Part shown: positions 10,215 through 20,364 of the stretch, one piece after another
How positions within the stretch are numbered: position 1 is the stretch's first letter
Layout: each line of letters starts with the position of its first letter
Assembly: GCA_009885825.1 (NCBI GenBank)
Contig: VFJY01000046.1
Span: 13,409-77,408, forward strand
Length of the DNA: 64,000 nucleotides
Direction of reading: 5' to 3'
From: Rhodobiaceae bacterium
GTDB taxonomy: Bacteria; Pseudomonadota; Alphaproteobacteria; Rhizobiales; Aestuariivirgaceae
Program-made: the position numbers and the translations under genes
Notes under the pieces: generated by a model
The model's input: the letters and a program-made list of their open reading frames with translations, nothing else
Told to the model about the DNA's origin: nothing
Database searches by the model: none

Positions 10215-11195
10215 TCAGGAAAACCCGGCGACTGCGTGCGGAACATATGGCGCTTCAAGCGCTCCTGTTTCCTCCGCTGTCAGCTTCAAGGCCAGTGCCG
10301 CAACCGCGTCATCAAGATGCTGGGGCTTAGTGGCACCAATGATGGGTGACGTGATGCCGGGCTTGGCCAACACCCAGGCCAATGCCACCTGCGCCATGGG
10401 CACGCCCCGCTTGTTGGCCAAGGCCTCAACGGCCTTGATGACTTTGCGGTCAGCGTCTTCAGTTTTGGCGAAGAGCGTGTTTGAGTAGGCGTCGCTGCCC
10501 GAGCGGTTTGTGGCAATGCCAGTGCCGCGTGCAAGCTTGCCGCGGGCCAGCGGGCTCCACGGCATCACGCCGATCCCTTCTGCCAAGCAAAGCGGCAGCA
10601 TCTCGCGCTCTTCCTCGCGGTAGATCAGGTTCACCATATTCTGCATGCTGACAAAACGGGTCCGGCCATTTTGCGCCGCCACATGAAGCGCCTTGGCAAA
10701 TTGCCAGGCGAACATGGACGAGGCACCTATATAGCGCGCCTTCCCTGCTTTCACCACGTCATGCAACGCCTCCATGGTTTCGGCGATAGGCGTATCATGG
10801 TCCCAGCGATGGATTTGATAGAGGTCCACATGATCAGTGCCAAGGCGGCGGAGGCTATTGTCAATCTCGGCCATGATGGCGCGGCGCGACAGGCCCGCCC
10901 CATTGGGTCCGGGCCGCATTCGCCCATGCACCTTGGTGGTGATCACAACTTCATCGCGGCGGGCAAAATCCTTGAGCGCCTTGCCGATGATCTCTTCGCT
11001 GGTGCCATCCGAATAGATATTGGCGGTGTCGAAGAAATTGATGCCAAGTTCCAAGGCCTGCTTGATGAAAGGGCGGGCCGCCTCTTCACCCAATGTCCAT
11101 TCATGGCTGCCGCGCTTGGGTTCGCCATAACTCATGCAGCCCAGGCACAGGCGCGAGACATCAAGACCTGTGGTTCCGAGTTTCACATATTCCAT
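10215..11195 (-). CDS. Aldo/keto reductase (YajO-like)
   Basis: GINFFDTANIY, TKVHG, DLYQIHRWD, PWSPLARG motifs. Confidence 0.93.
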   Translation of the reverse strand: MEYVKLGTTGLDVSRLCLGCMSYGEPKRGSHEWTLGEEAARPFIKQALELGINFFDTANIYSDGTSEEIIGKALKDFARRDEVVITTKVHGRMRPGPNGAGLSRRAIMAEIDNSLRRLGTDHVDLYQIHRWDHDTPIAETMEALHDVVKAGKARYIGASSMFAWQFAKALHVAAQNGRTRFVSMQNMVNLIYREEEREMLPLCLAEGIGVMPWSPLARGKLARGTGIATNRSGSDAYSNTLFAKTEDADRKVIKAVEALANKRGVPMAQVALAWVLAKPGITSPIIGATKPQHLDDAVAALALKLTAEETGALEAPYVPHAVAGFS

Positions 11196-11258
11196 TGTTT
11201 TACGTTACAACAATGAGGGCTGGAGAACCAGACAACAATCAGCTAACCACCGCCACAT

Positions 11259-13061
11259 ATGGCAAAACTTCTTCTGAATCTCCAAAATATCCGGCTGACC
11301 TTTGGCGGTCGGCCTTTGCTTAATGGCACAGATTTGATGCTGGCTGATGACGAGCGCATGTGCCTTGTGGGGCGCAATGGCTCGGGCAAGTCCACCCTTC
11401 TCAAAATCGCGGCTGGGTTGATTGAACCTGATGCTGGCGAGGTCTGGTTGCAGCCCGGCACCACCGTTCGCTATTTGCCGCAGGAACCGGATTTTACCGG
11501 ATTTTCGAATGTGCTTGACTACGTTGAGGCAGGCCTTGGCCCCGCAGACAGTCCCTATCGTTGCCGGCATTACCTGAATGAGTTGGGCCTGAGCGGCGAG
11601 GAAAATCCGGCAACGCTTTCCGGCGGTGAAATGCGCCGCGCCGCGCTTGCTCGAACGCTCGCCCCTGCCCCTGATATTCTGCTGTTGGATGAGCCCACAA
11701 ACCATTTGGATTTGCCCGCCATTGAGTGGCTGGAGACTGAACTCAAATCCCTGCGCTCGGCTTTCATCCTGATCAGCCATGACAGGCGGTTTCTCGGGAA
11801 TTTGTCAAACCGGACCGTGTGGCTTGATCGTGGGTCCGCTAAGCGCATGGACCGGGGCTTTTCCGAGTTTGAAGAATGGCGCGATCAGGTTCTGGAAGAA
11901 GAGCAGATCGAGCAACACAAATTGGCTCAACGTATCGCCACGGAAGAACACTGGATGCGCTATGGCGTGACCGCGCGGCGCAAACGCAATGTTCGCCGGG
12001 TTGGATTGCTGTCCACGTTGCGATCAGAGCGGCGTGAGCATGTGGGCAGCCTGGGCAGCGTCAGCCTCACGGCTTCAACGGGGGACGCATCCGGCCGTCT
12101 GGTTGCCGAGGCCAAGAAAATTTCGAAATCATTTGGCGAACAGGATATAGTTTCCAACCTCGATCTTCTGGTGTTGCGGGGCGACAGGCTTGGCATTGCG
12201 GGCCCTAATGGCGCTGGCAAGACGACGCTGATCAAAATGCTGACGGGGGCACTGCAGCCCGATAGTGGCTCCATCCGGCTCGGCACCAACCTGCAGATGG
12301 TGGCGCTCGATCAAAGCCGCCAGAGTCTTGATCCCGATGCCCTGCTCGCGGATGTGATCACGGACCGGCGCGGGCAATCCGTCACCATAAACGGCGAAAC
12401 CAAGCATGTTGTTGGCTACATGAAGGATTTTCTGTTCAAGCCCGAGCAGGCGCGAACCCCGGTGTCGGTGCTGTCTGGTGGTGAACGCGCCCGCCTCATT
12501 CTGGCGCGCGAATTGGCCAAGCCTTCCAATTTCCTGATCCTCGACGAACCCACTAATGATCTTGATCTCGAAACGCTGGATCTGCTGCAGGAAATGCTTG
12601 GCGATTACACGGGAACGATCCTGCTGGTGAGCCATGACCGTGATTTTCTGGACCGGGTGGCGACATCCATCCTGATGTTTGAAGGCGATGGCAAGTGGAC
12701 CGAATATGCCGGCGGCTATTCGGACATGGTGGCCCAGCGCGGTGCCGGCGTTGAAGCGAGCGATATGAAGGTTGCCGAGCGGGAACGCAGTTCATCCGCG
12801 CAAGTTTCAAAACCGCAGGCCAAGCGAAAGCTTTCCTTCAAGGAGAAATTCGCGCTTGAGTCATTGCCAGTGAAGATGACGGCACTGGGCCTCGAGCTAT
12901 CTACGCTCGAGCAGAAATTATCCGACGCCAATCTCTTTGCGCGCGATCCCAAGGGTTTCGAAAAGATCATGGCGCGCCTAGCCGCCGTTCAGGCGGAAAA
13001 AACCAACGCTGAAGAGCAATGGCTGGAGCTTGAAATGATGCGGGAAGAACTGGAGAATTAG
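11259..13061 (+). CDS. uup: ABC-F family ATPase Uup
   Basis: Two ABC domains (GRNGSGKST, GPNGAGKTT), RYGVTARRKRN linker, C-terminal KLSFKEK coiled coil. Confidence 0.9.
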   Translation: MAKLLLNLQNIRLTFGGRPLLNGTDLMLADDERMCLVGRNGSGKSTLLKIAAGLIEPDAGEVWLQPGTTVRYLPQEPDFTGFSNVLDYVEAGLGPADSPYRCRHYLNELGLSGEENPATLSGGEMRRAALARTLAPAPDILLLDEPTNHLDLPAIEWLETELKSLRSAFILISHDRRFLGNLSNRTVWLDRGSAKRMDRGFSEFEEWRDQVLEEEQIEQHKLAQRIATEEHWMRYGVTARRKRNVRRVGLLSTLRSERREHVGSLGSVSLTASTGDASGRLVAEAKKISKSFGEQDIVSNLDLLVLRGDRLGIAGPNGAGKTTLIKMLTGALQPDSGSIRLGTNLQMVALDQSRQSLDPDALLADVITDRRGQSVTINGETKHVVGYMKDFLFKPEQARTPVSVLSGGERARLILARELAKPSNFLILDEPTNDLDLETLDLLQEMLGDYTGTILLVSHDRDFLDRVATSILMFEGDGKWTEYAGGYSDMVAQRGAGVEASDMKVAERERSSSAQVSKPQAKRKLSFKEKFALESLPVKMTALGLELSTLEQKLSDANLFARDPKGFEKIMARLAAVQAEKTNAEEQWLELEMMREELEN

Positions 13062-13062
13062 G

Positions 13063-14964
13063 CTACCAACCCGAACCGCCGCCGCCGCCGCCGCCGCCAC
13101 CGGATGAACCTCCGCCTCCAGAGCCTGAACTGGAACTTGGCGCCGCCGAAGCTGAAGCCGCACTTGAAGCAAGGCTTGATCCCAGACGGTCAGTGAAACC
13201 ACCCATATTGCCGGAGTTCCAGTTATTGCCGGAATACCAGGCGGGTGCCGTTGCTCCGGCCACCGCAGCGGCCGCCAGCACCGCCGCGAACTTCGCGTTC
13301 CATTCATTTTCGCAATCCAGGGCCAGCGCATAGGGTAAGTATTTTTCGAAGAGCGCCGGGGTTTTCTCCGGAGGGTTGAGTATATTCAACCGCTCCTCTT
13401 CGGCGGTTTTCATGTACATGCGAAAACCTTCCACCTGATCCAACAACCTGCGCCCGGAAACCGTTGGGGCACGCAGGAGCCTGTGGAAAACCAGATTCAT
13501 TACCCCAAGTCCAACGGCGGTGCCCAGCAACATGGCAACACCGGCCGTCATCCCGCCACCAAACAACATGATGGCAGGCACCGCGACGCCTGCAATAGCA
13601 AAGGGTATCAAAAACAGAAGGGACATTACCGAACCAACTTTGCGCATGAAGCCTCGGCCGCTCGCGACGCCGCTCAGGGAGCTCCATGCCACCGTCAAAA
13701 TCACGCCCCACCAGATTCCGGACCATCCGGCAGCAAACAGTCCCGCGAATCCCTCCTCCAGCGGCAGCAGCAAAGCGGACAGCAACAGGCCACCGACCGA
13801 CAACAGTCCCCCCACCCAGAACCACCCTATGTTTCGAACAAATGCCGAATCTTCGTATTCCTTGGTGAGTTGCGCCTCCAGCGCATCCTGCATGCGGCTG
13901 ATCGTTGCGTGATTTATATTTCTGAGCGTGGTCTTGCCGGAAGGAATCGCGGTCAAAAGGACATTCTCGCTGCGGGTGAGTGATGAACCTATCGAATTCT
14001 GCCTGATAATGCTAAATTCTTCCTCTTCATCACTGATCTTCAAATGGCCTTTAACGGCGAGCCCCACCAGGGCAGCGGCAAATGCCTTGTCGTCAAAATC
14101 CTGCTTCCATATAAATCTTGCCGCCGCCGGACCAAGGGCCGGGGGCGGAGAAAATAGAGGCACAATGGTGCCCTTTGGTGGATCGCGACCAACCTTGTTC
14201 CATGCATAAAAATAATACAGAACAACGCCGAGAAGAGTGGCCAGCAGTCCAATTGACCCCGCGTTGTCGCTCAAAAACCACATGTTCCTTTCGCTGTTCG
14301 ATGGCGCCGCAACAATTCCCTTCTGCCACGCCACAGCGATTGTTAAGCCCTCACCAGGCGCAAAACCTCGGGTGGATACGGCGCGGTATTCCTTGCCTGA
14401 TCCGCTGATGACAGTGAAATCCCTGCCGCTCTCGCCTTGATGGCCGGTGTAGGCCTGGTGCTGAACTATTGAGGCTCCCGGAGGCAGGCGCACAATGGCG
14501 GTGGCGTTGTCGATGGGAAATGTCCAGCCGTTGCCCGTGGCGTTCCAATAGAGCTCGTCATAATCCTCAAAGAAACCGAGCTGCCGCGTGGTGCTGTATT
14601 TTATTTCATAAATGTGCAGGCCATGTTCGAGAAAGGCGTCAGCGCTGCCGATCCGTATGCGCTTGCCGTTTGAAATGCTTTCAAGCGCATAGTTCTCGTC
14701 CTGACCGTTCCGTTTGACGGATGTCACGTCAAAGCCGACAACCACCCGCAGCCCGTTCCTGTCTTCATAGATCGTCGGAAAATCCCGCAGAATTCCGCGC
14801 TTGATCTGGGCGCCCTCGGCGATGATGTCTATTGCTTCAGTGACATCAACCGAGGCGTCGACATTCACCTGCGCATCACTTGTAAACTTCAGGATTCGCT
14901 CATCAGCCCAAGCAGATGAATGCGCCAACCAGAGCGCCAGCAGGAAACCAATGAGAAAGCGCAT
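13063..14964 (-). CDS. DUF2207 family membrane protein
   Basis: ELYWNATGNGW, FEKYLPYALAL, Gly-rich SSGGGGGGGGGSGW tail; downstream of lemA. Confidence 0.92.
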   Translation of the reverse strand: MRFLIGFLLALWLAHSSAWADERILKFTSDAQVNVDASVDVTEAIDIIAEGAQIKRGILRDFPTIYEDRNGLRVVVGFDVTSVKRNGQDENYALESISNGKRIRIGSADAFLEHGLHIYEIKYSTTRQLGFFEDYDELYWNATGNGWTFPIDNATAIVRLPPGASIVQHQAYTGHQGESGRDFTVISGSGKEYRAVSTRGFAPGEGLTIAVAWQKGIVAAPSNSERNMWFLSDNAGSIGLLATLLGVVLYYFYAWNKVGRDPPKGTIVPLFSPPPALGPAAARFIWKQDFDDKAFAAALVGLAVKGHLKISDEEEEFSIIRQNSIGSSLTRSENVLLTAIPSGKTTLRNINHATISRMQDALEAQLTKEYEDSAFVRNIGWFWVGGLLSVGGLLLSALLLPLEEGFAGLFAAGWSGIWWGVILTVAWSSLSGVASGRGFMRKVGSVMSLLFLIPFAIAGVAVPAIMLFGGGMTAGVAMLLGTAVGLGVMNLVFHRLLRAPTVSGRRLLDQVEGFRMYMKTAEEERLNILNPPEKTPALFEKYLPYALALDCENEWNAKFAAVLAAAAVAGATAPAWYSGNNWNSGNMGGFTDRLGSSLASSAASASAAPSSSSGSGGGGSSGGGGGGGGGSGW

Positions 14965-14970
14965 CGGTTC

Positions 14971-15534
14971 CTACCTGGTCTTGAAATCAACCTTCGGAAC
15001 TTCGCGGGCCGCTGCGTCGCCAATTTCGAAAAACTCGGCGGCTGTGAACTTGAAATAATTGGCGACAAAATTGCTGGGAAAGGACTGGATCATGTTGTTC
15101 AAATTGCGCACGGCGCCATTGTAGTACCGGCGCGAAAGCTGGATTTCATCTTCGATGGCGGAGAGCTTGTCTTGCAAGTCCCTGAAATTTGCATCGGCCT
15201 TCAATTCAGGATAGGCCTCCGCGATCGCAAACAACCTGCCCAACGCGCCGCTCATGGCCTGGCCAATGGCAGATTGCTCGGCGACGGTTCCTCCTCCAAT
15301 GCTCTTGGCGCGAAGTTCCGCGATATCGCGGAAAAGCTTGTCTTCGTGAGACGCATAGCCCTTGACGGTTTCAATGAGATTCGGAATGAGGTCAGCGCGG
15401 CGGCGCAATTGTACGTCAATTCCACTCCAGCCCTCGGCCACAAGATTTTTGTTATTTACCAGTGCGTTGTAGACATAAATGAGATAGGCGGCGATGACGA
15501 CAATGAGACCAATAAGACCATAGCCGAAAGTCAT
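14971..15534 (-). CDS. lemA: LemA family protein
   Basis: N-terminal TM, WSGIDVQLRRRADLIPNL, EAYPELKA, RRYYN. Confidence 0.95.
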   Translation of the reverse strand: MTFGYGLIGLIVVIAAYLIYVYNALVNNKNLVAEGWSGIDVQLRRRADLIPNLIETVKGYASHEDKLFRDIAELRAKSIGGGTVAEQSAIGQAMSGALGRLFAIAEAYPELKADANFRDLQDKLSAIEDEIQLSRRYYNGAVRNLNNMIQSFPSNFVANYFKFTAAEFFEIGDAAAREVPKVDFKTR

Positions 15535-15621
15535 AACTTATTCTCCTGAGTGGCCGAGCGGACTGTTATCGCAGTATTTGTGGAAGTTTGCCAGTCAGGT
15601 TTTTTCTGCCATAACCCTTCT

Positions 15622-16509
15622 ATGACAAAACACATGCGGATACTCCAGCCCAGCAGGACTGTTTACGCCTATTTTGATGGCCGGGTGGCAGGTTACCGTT
15701 TTGCACCCGGGGATAACTGGGTGGATGATGGAGCACTCTCGCTCGGCATCGCCAGCTATGCCATTGTGGATGCGAATGAAGCAGTTGTTTACGATACCCA
15801 TGTTTCAGTGGCGCACGGAAATTTTGTTCGCAATCACCTGAGGCAACTGGGTGCTGAAAAGATTACTGTGGTATTGAGCCATCATCATCTCGATCATGTC
15901 GCGGGAACTTCTGCATTCAGGGATTGCCCCGTTGTTTCCAATGCCCGTACGGCCGCTCATATGACGCGAACCCGGACCGCCATTGAAAACGGCACGCATG
16001 ACGGTCTGCCAGCGATCAATCCTCTGGTCATGCCAACACAGATATTTGAAAACCGGATGCAGCTTCGCGTGGGTTCACTTCAACTTGATTTGATTGAAGC
16101 CAACATCCACAGCGATGATGCGACAGTTATCTGGATTGCCGATGAGGGACTTTTGCTTGCAGGCGACACAATGGAGGATACCATCACCTATGTCGCGGAA
16201 CCGGAAGGATTCGACATTCATCTGAAGGATCTGGACCAGCTGTGGGAACTGCAACCGGAAAGAATATTGCCCAATCATGGTGATCCGGAAATCATGGCCC
16301 TGGGTGGCTATGAGAAAACATTTATCCGCGCCACCCAGCAGTATATTCGCATGTTGAAGCGCATGGTGAGTGAGCCGGAGCTTCGGGAGAAGCCATTGAA
16401 TGAAATCATCCGAGGGCCGCTCGACGCGGGGTGGGTGAATCTATTTAAGCCCTATGAAGCCGTTCACAAGCGCAACATAGAAGCCGTTCTCGCGGCGAAG
16501 TTGAGTTAG
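15622..16509 (+). CDS. Metallo-beta-lactamase-fold hydrolase
   Basis: SHHHLDHVAG (HxHxDH), HSDD, AGD and PNHG motifs; start uncertain (15622 or 15634). Confidence 0.88.
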   Translation: MTKHMRILQPSRTVYAYFDGRVAGYRFAPGDNWVDDGALSLGIASYAIVDANEAVVYDTHVSVAHGNFVRNHLRQLGAEKITVVLSHHHLDHVAGTSAFRDCPVVSNARTAAHMTRTRTAIENGTHDGLPAINPLVMPTQIFENRMQLRVGSLQLDLIEANIHSDDATVIWIADEGLLLAGDTMEDTITYVAEPEGFDIHLKDLDQLWELQPERILPNHGDPEIMALGGYEKTFIRATQQYIRMLKRMVSEPELREKPLNEIIRGPLDAGWVNLFKPYEAVHKRNIEAVLAAKLS

Positions 16510-16523
16510 GTCTGGAGACGCTG

Positions 16524-17678
16524 ATGAAACTGTCATTCAATGGGCCCCCTGGCCAGGAGGACATGCCCTATCTTCTGACGCCTGGGCCGCTCACCACGTC
16601 GCGCAATGTAAAGCTTGCCATGCTGGCCGACTGGGGTTCGCGCGATGTGGAATTTCGGCAGCTTGTCGCCGATATGTGCAAGCGCCTGCTAGAACTCGCC
16701 AATTGCGACAGCCGTTATGAATGCGTGATCATGCAGGGGTCCGGAACATTCGCAATTGAGGCGGCTCTCGGCAGCCTCTGTCCAGTGTTTCGTCAAAAAA
16801 CCCTGGTCGTCGCCAATGGCGCCTATGGCGACAGGGCCGCGCAAATTCTCAAGAGGCTGAACCGTCCCTTTGCAAAAATCGACAAGGGCGACAGCGCCGC
16901 GCCAACTGTTGGGGAAATTGTCGAAGTGCTCGAAGCCGACGCAGGCATAAGCCATGTATGGATGATTCACTGCGAAACAACTTCCGGAATCGTGAACCCC
17001 ATCATCGAAATCGGGCTAGCCGTCAAGCAGCGCGGACTAACCTTCATGGTGGACGCCATGTCGTCCTTTGGCGCAATTCCGATTGACATGGCTGGAATGG
17101 ACATGGACGTGATGGTGTCGTCCTCCAACAAGTGCATCGAAGGCGTTCCAGGATTTTCCTATGTGCTGGTGAAGCGCGAGTTGCTGGAAGCTGGCGCTGG
17201 CGTTTCCCATTCTGTGGTTCTTGATCTTCATGAGCAGTGGCGAGGACTGCAGGCCAATGGCCAATTCAGGTTTACGCCACCAACGCATGCGCTTGTGGCT
17301 TTTCACCAGGCGCTTAAAGAACATGAAGCACAGGGTGGCGTCGCCGCGCGCGGCGCACGCTACGCCCGCAACGCGGATGCTCTGATTGACGGCATGCGCG
17401 AAATGGGATTTTCAACGCTGCTGGACGATAACATGGCCGGCCCCATCATTCAGACATTTCTGACACCCCGCGACCCCAATTTTTACTTTGAGTCATTCTA
17501 TAAAGCGCTGCGCAAACGGGGCTTTGCCATTTATCCCGGAAAGCTCACCAAGCGGCCAAGCTTCCGCATTGGCACCATTGGGCAAATAGATGAAATTGTT
17601 ATCGCCGCAGCGCTTGCCGCCGTCCGCGAGGTGCTGGGTGAGATGAATGTGACAGACTTGGCGCCGCTGGAGAGCTGA
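16524..17678 (+). CDS. phnW: 2-aminoethylphosphonate:pyruvate transaminase
   Basis: PYLLTPGPLTTS, HCETTSG, DAMSSFG, SSNKCIEGVPG, QFRFTPPTH. Confidence 0.96.
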   Translation: MKLSFNGPPGQEDMPYLLTPGPLTTSRNVKLAMLADWGSRDVEFRQLVADMCKRLLELANCDSRYECVIMQGSGTFAIEAALGSLCPVFRQKTLVVANGAYGDRAAQILKRLNRPFAKIDKGDSAAPTVGEIVEVLEADAGISHVWMIHCETTSGIVNPIIEIGLAVKQRGLTFMVDAMSSFGAIPIDMAGMDMDVMVSSSNKCIEGVPGFSYVLVKRELLEAGAGVSHSVVLDLHEQWRGLQANGQFRFTPPTHALVAFHQALKEHEAQGGVAARGARYARNADALIDGMREMGFSTLLDDNMAGPIIQTFLTPRDPNFYFESFYKALRKRGFAIYPGKLTKRPSFRIGTIGQIDEIVIAAALAAVREVLGEMNVTDLAPLES

Positions 17679-17681
17679 AGC

Positions 17682-18920
17682 ATGAAATCAGTGATGGCAA
17701 ATGGCCGTGTTTATCAATGGCCCAAGGCTCCACTTGTGGTCATTTGTTGCGATGGCAGCGAGCCTGACTACATGGAAATCGCCATGGCCGAAGGCTTGAT
17801 GCCAAACCTCAAAAAAATTATCGCGAAAGGCGAAAACCGCCGCGGGCTTTCCGTCATCCCAAGTTTCACGAATCCCAACAATCTTTCAATTGTCACCGGA
17901 GCGCCGCCCTCTGTGCATGGGATTTGCGGCAATTATCTAATTGACCCCGACACCGGCAAGGAAACCATGATGAACGACCCCGCATGGTTGCGGGCACCCA
18001 CGATCTTCGAAAAATTCCAGCAGGCGGGCGCCAAGGTTGCCGTGGTGACCGCCAAGGACAAACTGCGGTTGCTGCTTGGCAAGGGCTTAGAATTTGACGG
18101 AACAGCTGTCGCATTTTCTTCCGAGCGCGCGGACAAGGTAACACTGGCCGCGAATGGCATTGAAGATATTTGCCGGACCGTAGGCATGGCTGTGCCCAAT
18201 GTCTATTCGGCGGAGCTTTCCGAGTTCGTCTTTGCCGCAGGCGTGAAGCTGCTCGCCACCATGCGGCCCGACCTCATGTATCTTTCCACCACAGACTACG
18301 TGCAGCACAAACATCCGCCGGGTTCTGCAGGCGCCAATGGTTTCTACAAAATGATGGATGCCTATCTGGGCCCGCTCGACACCCAGGGCACTATCATTGT
18401 GATCGTGGCCGACCATGGCATGAGGGACAAGCATTTGAGCAATGGCGCGCCTGATGTGATTTATCTTCAGGATGTTCTTGACGGAGAATTTGGCGCTGGT
18501 TCCACACGGGTTATTCTGCCGATCACCGATCCCTATGTGGTCCATCACGGGGCACTGGGTTCGTTTGCCACGGTTTATGTAAAAGAGCAGTCTGCTGAAA
18601 AAGTGAGCGCGCTGATTGCTGCGCTTGAAGGCATTGATGCGGTCCACACGAGAGCTGAAGGTTGCGCCCGCTTCGAACTGCCGCCCGACCGCATGGGCGA
18701 TTTCATCGTTTTGTCCGGTGGACCGCAAGGGTCCAAAGTGATTGGCACAAGCCGCGCCAGGCATGACCTCTCCGGTCTGACTGAACCCTTGCGGTCGCAT
18801 GGCGGGCTGACCGAGCAAATCATTCCGATAATCGTGAACCGTAAAGTCCAAGACTTTCCGCAGCACCCACGAAATTTCGACGCCTTCTTCATAGGCTGCA
18901 ACTGCATCAGCGAGACCTGA
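17682..18920 (+). CDS. phnA: Phosphonoacetate hydrolase
   Basis: [41 protein letters not shown]. Confidence 0.96.
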   Translation: MKSVMANGRVYQWPKAPLVVICCDGSEPDYMEIAMAEGLMPNLKKIIAKGENRRGLSVIPSFTNPNNLSIVTGAPPSVHGICGNYLIDPDTGKETMMNDPAWLRAPTIFEKFQQAGAKVAVVTAKDKLRLLLGKGLEFDGTAVAFSSERADKVTLAANGIEDICRTVGMAVPNVYSAELSEFVFAAGVKLLATMRPDLMYLSTTDYVQHKHPPGSAGANGFYKMMDAYLGPLDTQGTIIVIVADHGMRDKHLSNGAPDVIYLQDVLDGEFGAGSTRVILPITDPYVVHHGALGSFATVYVKEQSAEKVSALIAALEGIDAVHTRAEGCARFELPPDRMGDFIVLSGGPQGSKVIGTSRARHDLSGLTEPLRSHGGLTEQIIPIIVNRKVQDFPQHPRNFDAFFIGCNCISET

Positions 18921-18921
18921 C

Positions 18922-20358
18922 ATGATGATAAGAGAGAGCATGCGAATTGGCGGCAAGAAGGTGCAAGCGGAAGGCGTGGTGCCGGTGCATTACCCCTACA
19001 CCAATGAAATCATCGGCACGGTTCCAGCAGGCCGCGCCGAACATGCGGCGCGCGCCTTTGAAATCGCCGCTGGCTTCAAGCCGAAACTCACACGCTACGA
19101 GCGCCAGCAAATTCTGTTCAACGCCGCTGAACTCATTCGCCAGCGCAAGGACGCGCTTGCCAAATTGATCACACTGGAACTCGGCCTTTCGATGAAGGAT
19201 TCGGCTTACGAATGTGGCCGCGCCCATGATGTGTTCATGCTGGCGGGCCAGCTCTGCATCCTCGATGATGGCCAGATTTTTTCCTGCGATCTAACACCAC
19301 AGGGAAAGGCCCGCAAGATTTTCACCAAGCGCGAACCTGTTGGCGTTATCTCGGCAATCACGCCGTTCAATCATCCGCTCAACATGGTGTCGCACAAAAT
19401 AGCGCCGGCCATCGCCACAAATAATTGCGTTGTATGCAAGCCCACGGAGCTCACCCCGCTCACTGCCCTGGCGCTGGCTGATATTCTTTATGATGCGGGT
19501 TTGCCGCCTGAAATGTTCCAGGTGGTGACGGGATGGCCGGATGATATTGGCGATGAGATGGTGACCAATGCCAACATCGGCGTCATCACATTCACCGGCG
19601 GTGTGCGGGTTGGAAAACTCATTGCGGCGAAAGCAGGTTACAAACGCGCGGCCCTGGAGCTGGGCGGCAATGACCCCCTGATCATTCTCCATGATCTCAG
19701 CGATGATGATTTGGACACGGCAGCGGAGCTGGCAGTCGCCGGGGCCACCAAGAATTCCGGCCAGCGCTGCACGGCGGTGAAGCGCATTCTGGTTCAGAAT
19801 CGGGTGGCGGACAAGTTTGTGGCGCTGGTTCTGGAGAAGGCCAAAAAGATAACGTTTGGTGACCCGCAGAATCCTGAAACTGATCTGGGGTGCGTGGTGC
19901 ACGAGGAGGCGGCAAAGGTCTTTGAGGCCCGCGTTCACAAGGCTGCGGCACAGGGTGCAAAAATTCTTTATAATCCCGGTCGCAAGGGAGCGGTGTTGCC
20001 ACCCATCACCGTGGATTTTGTGCCCCATCAGTCAGAACTGGTTTTTGAGGAAACTTTTGGCCCCATCATCCCCATCGTGCGGGTGCCCGATGATGATGGC
20101 GAAGTTATCCGCATTTCCAACTCCACCCCCTTCGGGTTGTCCTCCGGCGTCTGCACCAATAATCTCTCGCGCATCACGCGCTTCATCGAGGGCCTGAATG
20201 TGGGCACGGTAAACATCTGGGAAGTGCCGGGCTACCGGATCGAAATGTCGCCCTTTGGGGGAATCAAGGACTCAGGTAATGGTGTCAAGGAGGGAGTCAT
20301 GGAAGCCATGAAGTTTTTCACCAATGTAAAAACCTGGTCTTTGCCGTGGCCGCAGTGA
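18922..20358 (+). CDS. phnY: Phosphonoacetaldehyde dehydrogenase
   Basis: ALDH motifs [38 protein letters not shown]; follows phnA. Confidence 0.95.
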   Translation: MMIRESMRIGGKKVQAEGVVPVHYPYTNEIIGTVPAGRAEHAARAFEIAAGFKPKLTRYERQQILFNAAELIRQRKDALAKLITLELGLSMKDSAYECGRAHDVFMLAGQLCILDDGQIFSCDLTPQGKARKIFTKREPVGVISAITPFNHPLNMVSHKIAPAIATNNCVVCKPTELTPLTALALADILYDAGLPPEMFQVVTGWPDDIGDEMVTNANIGVITFTGGVRVGKLIAAKAGYKRAALELGGNDPLIILHDLSDDDLDTAAELAVAGATKNSGQRCTAVKRILVQNRVADKFVALVLEKAKKITFGDPQNPETDLGCVVHEEAAKVFEARVHKAAAQGAKILYNPGRKGAVLPPITVDFVPHQSELVFEETFGPIIPIVRVPDDDGEVIRISNSTPFGLSSGVCTNNLSRITRFIEGLNVGTVNIWEVPGYRIEMSPFGGIKDSGNGVKEGVMEAMKFFTNVKTWSLPWPQ

Positions 20359-20364
20359 AATGAA

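Noticed and set aside
13063-13160. GCC-rich tandem repeat
   Set aside because: Simply encodes the normal Gly/Ser tail of DUF2207 proteins.
15560-15615. PHO box upstream of the MBL-phnWAY operon
   Set aside because: Only isolated half-sites (CTGTTAT, CTGCCAT) without a partner at 11-bp spacing.
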